A stretch of 64,000 nt of DNA from a virus. Taxonomy: Duplodnaviria > Caudoviricetes. Both the position numbers and the translations under genes were made by a program. Under the pieces are notes generated by a model, which saw only the letters and a list, made by a program, of their open reading frames with translations, was not told the DNA's origin and searched no databases. Below are positions 42,137 through 51,230 of this stretch, piece after piece. Within the stretch, counting starts at the first letter, position 1; each line of letters begins with the position of its first letter. The stretch lies in the IMG/VR virus record IMGVR_UViG_3300033121_001357, positions 1 through 64,000 of that record; one strand, given 5' to 3'.

Positions 42137-43435
42137 TTAGGGAACCGCTACGTCACGAGTTGTAGGCTGAATGCTACCTGCCATGTTGATTGTTGCCTGG
42201 GCCGGGAGAACGATCTTGTTGCTATCAACTACGACGTTCTTTGCGATTGCGAGGCCAAGACCACGATTCTTCGGACGAATCATGTACTTCTCAGTCAGGT
42301 TGATCTTCAGGATGTCTGTCTCCGGGTCGGTCCACTCGCTTGTGCTGAGTGCCATTTCCTCGAAGTAGAAACCAAGCTCGTTGCTATCGGCCATGAGGAT
42401 GCTTGTGGTGTTTGTGCTGGCGTTGTACGGAACGAACGGAGACACGACCACTGTCATCGGGAGACCGAAGTAGTTCGGAAGTACCGGAGCAGAAGTCAGA
42501 TTCTGGCTGAAGTCTGCTGGGGTGTTCGGAAGGGCAGCACCATCGCTGTTGTTGCCGATCGGAGCACTTGGCCAAGTACGATACTGACCACCGGAGTAAC
42601 CCTCACCACCGAAGGAGCCCGGGAAGTCCTGAACAGCCGGATTGCCAGTCCACTGGGAACCGAAGAACGGGCTGCGGGCCATCTGAGCGAATACGCGGAG
42701 CTGAGCGTCCTGAACGAACATGAGCCAGGTCAGCGGGTGAACAAGGATCATATTCGGGGTCCAGCCATGGGCTAGAACCTGGGCGTACATCTCGAAGACG
42801 TCGTCCATCGTAATGGTGCCATTCAGAGCACCGCTGAGGTCGCGACCAGTAGTAGTGCCGAAAGCAGAGTTGCTCGGGCTCAGGTTATCATGGGTGACCT
42901 TTGCGAGGTGATACCACATGTTGAAAGCCTTCTCTTCCTTGTTACGGACGAGGGCCTTTGTAGCCTGACGGAGAACCATGGAGACCACGTCGAAGGAGCT
43001 GTACTTGAGAACCTCATCAGTGAACTTCACTGAGAGACCGTACTTGCCCATCTTAGCGATCTGGCTTCCACCTGCGAACGTCACTCTAAGCTCCGGCCTA
43101 CTTTCAAGCTCACCGATCTCGAAGTCGCCGTCTAGGGCGCCGAAAACGAGAGGCATATCTACGTGGGCACCAGGGCCGTTGTAAGGCATCCTCTGTAGGA
43201 GCTTGGTGGCAATGAGCATCGGCTCGACTGCTTCCTGAATGGAGTTGTTGATTACCTTAGGAATGAAGAGTGGGGCTTCCCACATTGCGAGGGCGTCCTT
43301 AAGAGTCAGCTTCTTACCATCGGGTAGAAGGTGCTCTGGGTCGCGCATGGCCTTCTCAAAGTCCTTGAACTTGATAGAAGCCTGCTCGTCGACCTCGCGG
43401 AAGTTTGCGAACTTCAACTGGGCTCTCTTGCTCAT
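42137..43435 (-). CDS. Major capsid protein, HK97-like fold (432 aa)
   Basis: 'P.VI...IQEAVEP', 'IGELE..PE', 'KYG....FTDE....S.FDV' and 'PN.ILVHP..W' motifs; strong SD; follows protease and decoration genes; followed by a terminator. Confidence 0.9.
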   Translation of the reverse strand: MSKRAQLKFANFREVDEQASIKFKDFEKAMRDPEHLLPDGKKLTLKDALAMWEAPLFIPKVINNSIQEAVEPMLIATKLLQRMPYNGPGAHVDMPLVFGALDGDFEIGELESRPELRVTFAGGSQIAKMGKYGLSVKFTDEVLKYSSFDVVSMVLRQATKALVRNKEEKAFNMWYHLAKVTHDNLSPSNSAFGTTTGRDLSGALNGTITMDDVFEMYAQVLAHGWTPNMILVHPLTWLMFVQDAQLRVFAQMARSPFFGSQWTGNPAVQDFPGSFGGEGYSGGQYRTWPSAPIGNNSDGAALPNTPADFSQNLTSAPVLPNYFGLPMTVVVSPFVPYNASTNTTSILMADSNELGFYFEEMALSTSEWTDPETDILKINLTEKYMIRPKNRGLGLAIAKNVVVDSNKIVLPAQATINMAGSIQPTTRDVAVP

Positions 43436-43448
43436 TGTTTATAACTCC

Positions 43449-44588
43449 TTACTTATGGGCCTGGGAGATTACGATCGTGCCCAGTGTTGCGCCTGCTGTG
43501 TGCATATTCCAAGGATAGCCGCTTGTAGCAGAGCCAGGCATCTTCTCGATTGCATCGAAGCCAGGGATTGTAGAATCCCAACGGGTCTTGACCTTGTCGA
43601 GTAGGGACCTTGGATGACGGACGTCCTTCTTGATTACCTGACCGACGATGCGCTTGTGGTACTTCTGAACGCTTGTAAGAACAGCGGCCAGGGCAGTGTT
43701 TACAGCGGCTCTGTCTGCTGCGTCGTCACCAGTGAGAACTCCACAAGTTACGCTTGCAGGAGTGGCTGGAACGATATTGGAGTCGCGGTTGAATGTCACA
43801 CGATCGCCGTAGGAGAAAGAGGACATAGCACCTGCGATAGCAACAGCCTGACCAGGGATGAGTAGACCACTTGTGTCTGCGACAACTGGGTACTCGAGGC
43901 AGTAGTTCGTACGAACCGTCTTGGGCTCAAGCTGAAGCTGCCAAGCGTCGTGACGAAGCTGGGTGCCATCATCGACAGCCTTGCGGGCCTCCATGCCTGT
44001 AGCGGAACCGGTGTTGAACATGTGCTCATTTGCACCGCGGCTCATTACGTCAGAGCTTGTGCGAATCCAGGAGTACGGAGCGACACCGATGTGATCACCG
44101 ATGGTAACTGCCCATGTCATGACACCGTTGCAATCAACAGCAGAAGAGCTGCCAGCAAAACCGCTGTTGAAGTTCGGTAGAGCAACGCCACCCTTGCGAA
44201 GCATAGAGTAAACGACAGGCTCGCCGACAGCTACCGTGACACCACGAGAGTTAACAACACCGTTGTCAACGTCAGTCTGGTCATACTTGATTAGATCAGC
44301 AGTTACGAAGTTAACGTTGCCAGTACCGAAGTTGGTAAGGGCCTCAGTAGACTCCTGCTCGATCTTGTAACCTGCGGGGACCAGGAAGCCTAGGCTGTCA
44401 TGAGCAATGACCTTACCAGTCATTACTACATAGTAGTCAGAGTGCTTCTCGATAAAGCCCTGCAGTGGGAGGTAAGGGGCCGGATGTGCGTGCAGACGAG
44501 GAAACTCTGTTGGGCAGAATTCCACGTTGGGCACCATTGTGCCCACGTCCCTGTTGTACCTCTTAACCGTTGGGTTGTACTGTGACAT
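43449..44588 (-). CDS. Head decoration / cement protein (379 aa)
   Basis: Between protease and capsid genes; 'GKVIA.D..G.LVPAG' and 'GD.V..N..SN.V...IVGQV' patterns; SD GGAGG. Confidence 0.65.
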   Translation of the reverse strand: MSQYNPTVKRYNRDVGTMVPNVEFCPTEFPRLHAHPAPYLPLQGFIEKHSDYYVVMTGKVIAHDSLGFLVPAGYKIEQESTEALTNFGTGNVNFVTADLIKYDQTDVDNGVVNSRGVTVAVGEPVVYSMLRKGGVALPNFNSGFAGSSSAVDCNGVMTWAVTIGDHIGVAPYSWIRTSSDVMSRGANEHMFNTGSATGMEARKAVDDGTQLRHDAWQLQLEPKTVRTNYCLEYPVVADTSGLLIPGQAVAIAGAMSSFSYGDRVTFNRDSNIVPATPASVTCGVLTGDDAADRAAVNTALAAVLTSVQKYHKRIVGQVIKKDVRHPRSLLDKVKTRWDSTIPGFDAIEKMPGSATSGYPWNMHTAGATLGTIVISQAHK

Positions 44589-44603
44589 TAGTATTCCTCC
44601 AAA

Positions 44604-46475
44604 TTATGGGGTCATGTCTCGCGGGACGAGCCCCTTATTCTGTGCATCCATCCAAAACGACTTAGCCCTACCAGAACCGTCGGGTCCATAGAAGAGATCC
44701 CAATACTGCTTGGTGTAACCAGCGTACCTCTCAGCATCCTTCTCTCTCTGCTCAGGCTCTGGAGCCCTTGGATCTGCAACCTGCTTGCCACTGGCAACCC
44801 TATCAGAGCCGGTGACATTCTTGTTGCGGATGTCCTTGATGGAATCCTTGAGAGAGTCCATAGAGCGAGAAGAGTATTCCTTGAGGGCTTCGACCCTGTC
44901 CTCAATCTTAAAACCACGATTGAGCTGAGCGTCGACAAGGCTCTCAGCAAGAACCAACTTGTGATCCTTGATGAGTTCCTTATTGGCAGCCTCAAGCTGA
45001 GACACCTCAGCGGTCAACCTGGAAGCCTTATGCTTCCATACGCTAAGGTCAGCATTTAGAGCCTCGAGCTTTGCTTCTGCGTCAGTAAGCTTTGCGCAAG
45101 TCTCATCATATAGCTGCTTTAGAACTGTTTCCGGTGCAGGCTCTGAACTATCCTGAACAGGCTCAGACTCAGTAGTGACCGACTCTGTCTGTGTGGCATC
45201 CTGCACACCAGTCTCGGACTCAGAGGCCTGAGATGAAGACTTGGCGAGAACATCCTTTACAGACTGGAGAAGAGAGTCACGAGTCTCAGAAGTCTCTAGC
45301 TCATTTAGAAGAGCCTCGATAGCCTGGGCGTGAGCTGCGTCCTTGACAGGGAAAGTCCTGTTAGGGCCAATGAAGACAGAGTCATCTAGACCGCTGAGTA
45401 GGTCGCCAGTTAGACGAGGTGCGTCAGCAGCAAGATGCTTTGCAATGGCCTCATAGTTAGAGGCTGTATCCTTGATTAGATCAGATAGCTTCATGCTTTG
45501 TCCTTGGTGTTGTTCCTGACCCTGTTCTTTGTTTCCAATTACTGAGGAGGTTTTTACAGTAGGGGCATTTGAATTGGAAAGCTGCAGAGTTTCGGGCATG
45601 TCTACAACACAACTGTCCTTTAGACGGAATGTCTGATTGTTGATAGAAATGTGGAAGTCAGAGAAGATCTCCACTGGCTTGCTGTAAGTAAGATCCTGCG
45701 TGGCATCTGCAAAGGATAGGTTCTCTCCGACCTGAATGATCTGAGATAGTGGAGCAGCAGGATTATTGACTGGAGAAACCTCATCAAACCCGTATTCAGA
45801 TGGGACGATTACGCACTCGAATCCGTCAATAATCTCACCACGCTCGTGCCCACAGTCCGTACGCCAGTCAATTAACTCCCCCTTCCTTGCACAACTAGAG
45901 CAGTATACGTGCTTCGGAGTTCCCATGCCAGTAGATACGGTTAGGTATCTGCCATCGAGAATCTTCCTAATAGCATCCTGATCTGTGATGTCCCAGAGGC
46001 CAAGAATGTAGCCAACACCCTTATACTCGTCTCTCTTTGAGAGATCAAGGAACGTGGAGACTGTCTGCAATCTTGAGAGTGGCTTAGATGTCTTATCCTT
46101 GAAGGTTCTCATCACATTATAAATGGATGAGTCGAGACCAATAGCCTCATTTGTGGTATCGACATATCTAGCGTCGATAACACGACCAATGGGGTCTACT
46201 AGCTCCTGATGATGGATTTGAACTGGCTTTGGAAATGGGTGGGTAAAGCTGCGGGTAGCCTTGAAATGTTCATCTGGTAGATATATTGCCTTGTTCTTCG
46301 TACGAAGACCAGCAAATGTCATTCTCACCTTTGCACGAAGACGATAGCCCGTTTCGGAAGTGCTGTCTTTTGTCTCAAACAGCAGCTTCTTGTATGGCTC
46401 TACTGCCACCGGCTCTGCAATGAGAGAGGTGTAGTCCATAAGCGGAATCGGTCTTACGAAGTTATTCGTGCTCAT
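44604..46475 (-). CDS. Prohead protease fused to scaffold (623 aa)
   Basis: 'H.....PIGRV', 'KILDGRYLTVSTG', 'C..C...C.H.RG' and 'EVSPVNNPA' protease motifs; coiled-coil C-terminus; follows the portal. Confidence 0.8.
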   Translation of the reverse strand: MSTNNFVRPIPLMDYTSLIAEPVAVEPYKKLLFETKDSTSETGYRLRAKVRMTFAGLRTKNKAIYLPDEHFKATRSFTHPFPKPVQIHHQELVDPIGRVIDARYVDTTNEAIGLDSSIYNVMRTFKDKTSKPLSRLQTVSTFLDLSKRDEYKGVGYILGLWDITDQDAIRKILDGRYLTVSTGMGTPKHVYCSSCARKGELIDWRTDCGHERGEIIDGFECVIVPSEYGFDEVSPVNNPAAPLSQIIQVGENLSFADATQDLTYSKPVEIFSDFHISINNQTFRLKDSCVVDMPETLQLSNSNAPTVKTSSVIGNKEQGQEQHQGQSMKLSDLIKDTASNYEAIAKHLAADAPRLTGDLLSGLDDSVFIGPNRTFPVKDAAHAQAIEALLNELETSETRDSLLQSVKDVLAKSSSQASESETGVQDATQTESVTTESEPVQDSSEPAPETVLKQLYDETCAKLTDAEAKLEALNADLSVWKHKASRLTAEVSQLEAANKELIKDHKLVLAESLVDAQLNRGFKIEDRVEALKEYSSRSMDSLKDSIKDIRNKNVTGSDRVASGKQVADPRAPEPEQREKDAERYAGYTKQYWDLFYGPDGSGRAKSFWMDAQNKGLVPRDMTP

Positions 46476-48523
46476 CTATCTGTCTCCGCAACAAGGTCAC
46501 ATGTGCAGTTTGGGTGGAAAGGAGGCAAGGATTCAGGACTTGCGTCACTGAGTTCAATAACGACTCCATGCCAGGTTTCATGGTCTTCACCATCTGGATC
46601 ACATTGGATTGTTGCGAAGCGGACTCCATTAGCCCTCATAGCAGCAACCTTTGCTAGCACATAAGCCTTATGCGTTAGTGTTGATTCAATAAATCGAATT
46701 CTATACTTTAGAGCATCAATTGCAAGCTCATCTCGCTCCCCAGCCATTAGTTGTCCAGAAGTTTTGTTAGATGCTTCTCCGAAGAGTCTTTCGATATCGT
46801 CTCCAGCGTCCTTCATCACTCTATCTCTAATTGCGGAAAGCTGAATCCTTAGCTTCTCTGTTAGGGGATACTCTCGAGCTCCCCTTACAATTGCTCTATC
46901 TAAGATGTTACGAAACTCGGTCTTGATTCTCTCAGAGGTCATCATAAAGAGCTGTCGCACAAAGGAGAGGTTCGTATGAGACTTGTTCATGGCCTTTAGG
47001 TCATCGGCAAGTCTTGTGTAAAACTCTTCGGCAACGAAATCTTTTGAAGTGGATGACTTTCTCTTTGAAGGACCACTCTTCTTTCCATGCTGGTTGGTTG
47101 GCTGCTGACGGTTCTTAGCCTGAGCCTGAACCTTTTCTAGGTCTGCCTGTGCCTGCCATTCTGCCTTCTGCTTCTCTACGCGATGTAGATGGGTGTCTTC
47201 TCTCGTACCGTCATCCAAGGGGTCCTTGCCCATGTGCTTACGCATCTCGGTCTCTGTAACCGTATTCCCCTGGTACATGAGCATGTAGTGGTTCTGCAGC
47301 TTGATCTGGGACTCTACGTCGATTTCGTTGAACTGAAGTTCTACGCGTACCTCTTCATCCGAGTGGTCATAGTTGAGAGTGCTTTCTAGCATGAGCTCTC
47401 TAATGATCTCAAAGTTGATGGTATTGGCCATGTTAGCTTGATAGAACTTTACGTTATCGATAGCGAGCTTTGACATGCTGTCGGCAGTAGATCTGTTTGC
47501 GGTATTTCCATAACCGAAGTCTAGTTCTGAAAGACCTGAGCCTGCGATTACTCTCTTCTTGAAGTACTCTAGGTAGGTCTCAGCTCTTAGGGCTCTAGAT
47601 TCAGAACCTAGACCAGTAATCTCATGTCTCCATGGAGTGATGAGCATACCGTCTGTTGGCATGTCTTGGATTTCTGCTCTGACGACATCCATTTCGGTAA
47701 GACCGTCTTCGAAACGGAGCTCTGGGAACTTCTCAGTACCTACCTTGTACTGGTACAGGGGGTAGATGTGCTGGTAGACGAGGTTCTCTACATGCTCTTC
47801 GATTCTTCGTAGAGCTAGGATATCTTCAAGGACCGGTGCCCATGCTGGTGTGCCGGCAAGCATGTGTGGCTTCTTGTAGATATGGAAGTGGATTACATCC
47901 TCGGCTGGATATACCTTAAAGCGTCCGTCGGGCATGATGTGCTTATAGGACTTGATATGGTTATCCTTACCGATCTTGAACTGGATTGTATCGGGCGATG
48001 CGACGAAGTAGCCGGCAACCGGTTCCAGCTTCTGTCCATCAATATTTCGAATCTTTCCAGAAGATGCCTCAAAGTCCCTTGCCTTGATTACAAAGCAGTT
48101 GTGGTATCTAATGAGGTTGGAGAAGATCTCTACAAGAAGTGCCCACCAAGTCTGTCCCTGAGCTACCTCAATCTCGGCAATCCTTCTCCGAATGTAGTTC
48201 AGACAATTCTGGTCCCTTGAGACGATTGTCCACCCACCCTTAATGGCCAGAGCGAGCTTCTTGAAGTTAGCCTGATAGACGAAGGCGTCAGTGTCTTCGG
48301 CCATGCCGATATCAATGAAGTTATACTCGCCAGGATAGAACTGGTCATCTGCTGTCTTCTTGTTGTTTGTGGCGGGTAGCCTATAAGTAAAGGTCGGGCG
48401 CTTAAGAGCAGGAGGGATCTGCTTTAGGATATTGACCTTTGGCTTCTCACTGGGATCAGCGAGATCAAGTCTTGGAACCCTTGGCTTTACGACGGAGTCC
48501 ATCTCTAGAATCTTCTCTTCCAT
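46472..48523 (-). CDS. Portal protein with MuF/SPP1-gp7-like C-terminus (about 683 aa; start reassigned to MEEKIL)
   Basis: 'L.RYHN.F..K', 'EDVIHF.......G.P.....LEDI..LR.IE', 'E.R...G..PL'; C-terminal PPFHPNCTC. GGAG plus TAATG at 48523. Confidence 0.8.
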   Translation of the reverse strand: MEEKILEMDSVVKPRVPRLDLADPSEKPKVNILKQIPPALKRPTFTYRLPATNNKKTADDQFYPGEYNFIDIGMAEDTDAFVYQANFKKLALAIKGGWTIVSRDQNCLNYIRRRIAEIEVAQGQTWWALLVEIFSNLIRYHNCFVIKARDFEASSGKIRNIDGQKLEPVAGYFVASPDTIQFKIGKDNHIKSYKHIMPDGRFKVYPAEDVIHFHIYKKPHMLAGTPAWAPVLEDILALRRIEEHVENLVYQHIYPLYQYKVGTEKFPELRFEDGLTEMDVVRAEIQDMPTDGMLITPWRHEITGLGSESRALRAETYLEYFKKRVIAGSGLSELDFGYGNTANRSTADSMSKLAIDNVKFYQANMANTINFEIIRELMLESTLNYDHSDEEVRVELQFNEIDVESQIKLQNHYMLMYQGNTVTETEMRKHMGKDPLDDGTREDTHLHRVEKQKAEWQAQADLEKVQAQAKNRQQPTNQHGKKSGPSKRKSSTSKDFVAEEFYTRLADDLKAMNKSHTNLSFVRQLFMMTSERIKTEFRNILDRAIVRGAREYPLTEKLRIQLSAIRDRVMKDAGDDIERLFGEASNKTSGQLMAGERDELAIDALKYRIRFIESTLTHKAYVLAKVAAMRANGVRFATIQCDPDGEDHETWHGVVIELSDASPESLPPFHPNCTCDLVAETDR

Positions 48524-49878
48524 TAGGAAAGCTCCTGCATCCATCTATCTAGATGGTCACTATTCCCAGTTCTCTTAATGCAGTCCCTTAGAACGAATGC
48601 AAAGCGCTTACTCGATGTAGGGGTTGTATTGTTATCCCTTGTATTTGTCGGGAAAGCGGCTGGTGAACCAGTTGAATTCGTTTCTTGGCCCGGCTCTGTG
48701 ATGTTGACTTGGTTTGGGCTTCTCCTGTTGATTTTATCAACGATCAGCTTCACGTTGTCTTCTGTACAGAGCTCCTTGATTTCTCCAAGACTAGCAATTA
48801 CCTCACAAATGTCGATGATGGTGGCGACTGCCTTTACTTGGTCAAGAAAGCTAATGTTCTGTTGAGTGATTAGCCATTCGCCGCCCAACAAATCGATTAC
48901 CGTATCTTGCGCCTTAATTAGATTCTTCTCTACCCAATCAATACCACCCTGTACGAATTCACGGATGATGGCAGCAACATCTGTAGGAGTGGCTGCCGTC
49001 TCTGCAGCAAGGTCATTCAAGAAGAGTCTTGAGCGACTAGAGTAATCAGCGATATCTGTTAGTACCTCATCTGTCTTCTTGCCTGTTGGATCATATTCAA
49101 ACTGAATGGCCTTAGGACCGTGCGTATTGGAAATCTTGAAGTCTCTAATGGAGACTGCGGATGCCTCAATCTCATTAAGGATACAGTTGATCTGCTGGAG
49201 CAACATCTGCAGATAGGCACCTAGGAAGTCCTCTAGGCCAACGATGTATGGCCTAAGTAATGTGTCCAGGATGTCATTCAAAGCAGATTCCAAGTTAAAG
49301 GAGATTGACTCCAGTAGCCTAGAAATATAAGCCATCAAGATTCCAGCAAGAACGAGGAGGTCCTGTGGACACAGATTCTTAAAGGCATGTAGGAAGTCAC
49401 AGAGCCAATCTAAGATTGGATTTCCATCGAAGAGGTCTTCTAAGTCTAGAAGGAATCTATAGCGGGCCTTTAGGTCCATTGTCAGGATTTCTTTCAGCCT
49501 CTTCCAGTCGAAGTCATCAATGTCCCACTTAGAGTTACAGGGAATACAGTCCTTTAGCTTCCTAAATAGATTTGAATGAGTGGAGTAGCCTTCGTCTAGA
49601 ACCACTACCCCCTGAATCTCTTCAGAAGCATTCTCTGCTGGAGTCCCTGTATTTGTAGGTTGTGGTGCTGGGGCTTGGGCTGAACCGGTAATCCTATCTA
49701 CTCTGTTCTTGGAGACCTGACTCATCGTCTGAGTTCTGACGATATCTCTAGCAGCCATAGCCTCTGCAGCACGGATTCTATTCATTCCAGATAGAGCTTG
49801 GGCTCTCAAGAAGCTCTCATAAGCCTTGATAATTACCTGGAGGTCTTTTCTCTTTGAGAGGGCATGTTCTACATTCAT
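48523..49878 (-). CDS. Hypothetical helical, Cys-containing protein (451 aa)
   Basis: Coupled to both neighbours; CIPC and scattered Cys. Confidence 0.55.
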   Translation of the reverse strand: MNVEHALSKRKDLQVIIKAYESFLRAQALSGMNRIRAAEAMAARDIVRTQTMSQVSKNRVDRITGSAQAPAPQPTNTGTPAENASEEIQGVVVLDEGYSTHSNLFRKLKDCIPCNSKWDIDDFDWKRLKEILTMDLKARYRFLLDLEDLFDGNPILDWLCDFLHAFKNLCPQDLLVLAGILMAYISRLLESISFNLESALNDILDTLLRPYIVGLEDFLGAYLQMLLQQINCILNEIEASAVSIRDFKISNTHGPKAIQFEYDPTGKKTDEVLTDIADYSSRSRLFLNDLAAETAATPTDVAAIIREFVQGGIDWVEKNLIKAQDTVIDLLGGEWLITQQNISFLDQVKAVATIIDICEVIASLGEIKELCTEDNVKLIVDKINRRSPNQVNITEPGQETNSTGSPAAFPTNTRDNNTTPTSSKRFAFVLRDCIKRTGNSDHLDRWMQELS

Positions 49879-50288
49879 TAGAGAAGATCCGTAGGACTGA
49901 GTGGCGGTAGGGCGATAACCTCATCTGGGCTACCTACCTTTGATGGAACCAGAGCAATACCTTCTCCAGTTGGCTGAGGAAGACCTGCAGGAAGAACTAG
50001 GGCAAGACCTACACTCTGTGCTGGGATTACAGGGGTGGTGGCGCTGGGAACCCCGATTGCTGGTGATGTAGGAGTCCCTTCTGCATTATGCGTATGGGAA
50101 GCCAGTGCGGCCTGTAGAGACGCTATCTGAGCATTCAACTCAGCGATGGCAATTCTAAGGTCCCCATAGTGAACGAAGTCCTGGACTATATGAGGGTATA
50201 GCCTCATATAGAGCTTCTTTAGTTGTTCTATGACTACATCTGCCGGACTTCTATTGAGAAGCTTATTGGCATATTCAGACAGTGCCAT
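49878..50288 (-). CDS. Hypothetical protein with coiled coil and HxH (LASHTH) motif (about 136 aa; start reassigned to MALSEY)
   Basis: 'LNAQIASLQAALASHTHNAEGTPTSP' resembles the trimeric metal-binding spike/fibre tip motif; AGGTGAG precedes ATG 50288. Confidence 0.5.
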   Translation of the reverse strand: MALSEYANKLLNRSPADVVIEQLKKLYMRLYPHIVQDFVHYGDLRIAIAELNAQIASLQAALASHTHNAEGTPTSPAIGVPSATTPVIPAQSVGLALVLPAGLPQPTGEGIALVPSKVGSPDEVIALPPLSPTDLL

Positions 50289-50715
50289 GAGACTGCTCAC
50301 CTATCTCGATTGCGATATCTCTGTCTAGTTTTAGGGCTTGGAGATACATAGAGAATGTCACCCTTCTGTGCTCGCCCTGAAACATCTCGATTACTGCCTG
50401 TGCTAGTTCTGGATTCTTCTGTGGGTCAAATTCTAGAGTAAGCTCTCCAACCTTTTCACGCAGCTTTGCAAGTAACTTGTCCCCTGTTTCAATCAATTCT
50501 TGATAGCCCTGAGAAAGTTCATCAAGAGCAAGTGGCTCTTCTTGGGTGGAAGTCGTAGTCTCCGCTTCTGCTCTAGCAACTGAGCCTGCCTGCTTTGGCT
50601 TTCTGACATCTACTTCTGGTTTCCTAAATAGACTGTCAGTCTCACTGAATGTTAGGCCCTTAGCATCTGAAACAGTGGATACCCTGATCCTTAAGTCGTT
50701 AAGTCTAGTTGCCAT
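50275..50715 (-). CDS. Hypothetical protein (146 aa)
   Basis: Coupled ORF (TAATG). Confidence 0.55.
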   Translation of the reverse strand: MATRLNDLRIRVSTVSDAKGLTFSETDSLFRKPEVDVRKPKQAGSVARAEAETTTSTQEEPLALDELSQGYQELIETGDKLLAKLREKVGELTLEFDPQKNPELAQAVIEMFQGEHRRVTFSMYLQALKLDRDIAIEIGEQSHGTV

Positions 50716-51230
50716 TAGACGAGATGCTCCGTGTATTCGATCTCAAGGGCAAAGTTTAAGTCGCCTTGTGGGCACCCTCGAGTACAGGAGACTCTTACCC
50801 AAAATGGATAGTACTTTGTATCCGCATGTCCCGCGGAGCCAAGTTCTGGCAGTCGCGTGTCAATTGCACCACCCACCAAGGGTGACTGTAGAACAGCACA
50901 GTCGTTGGGATCTAGAGGATCGTCTCCCGAACCCGGACCGTTAGGGGCAACAGAAGCCCAGCGATTCTCAGCAGGCTCCTTGTCTCCAGACAGAAGCTTA
51001 ATGCTTACAGCAGTACTCGTAATCGCAGCTCCGATAGTCGACGTAGGTCGGAGACGGATATCTGTGTAGTACTTCGTTGCATCTGTATTGCGGATATACA
51101 CCTTCTTCGTAACTGGAGAGCCACCGGGACTTGTTGCCAAAAGAACTGGAGCAGCAAATGTCACGGAGGAAATCTCGTCGAATGTTGCGGTGCTTTCATT
51201 GAGGATATAAAGCTTAATCATTCGGTTCAC
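50715..51230 (-). CDS. Putative structural protein (171 aa)
   Basis: Beta-rich; 'KKVYIRN....YY..I' and 'PFWVRV'; overlaps the terminase stop. Confidence 0.5.
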   Translation of the reverse strand: MNRMIKLYILNESTATFDEISSVTFAAPVLLATSPGGSPVTKKVYIRNTDATKYYTDIRLRPTSTIGAAITSTAVSIKLLSGDKEPAENRWASVAPNGPGSGDDPLDPNDCAVLQSPLVGGAIDTRLPELGSAGHADTKYYPFWVRVSCTRGCPQGDLNFALEIEYTEHLV

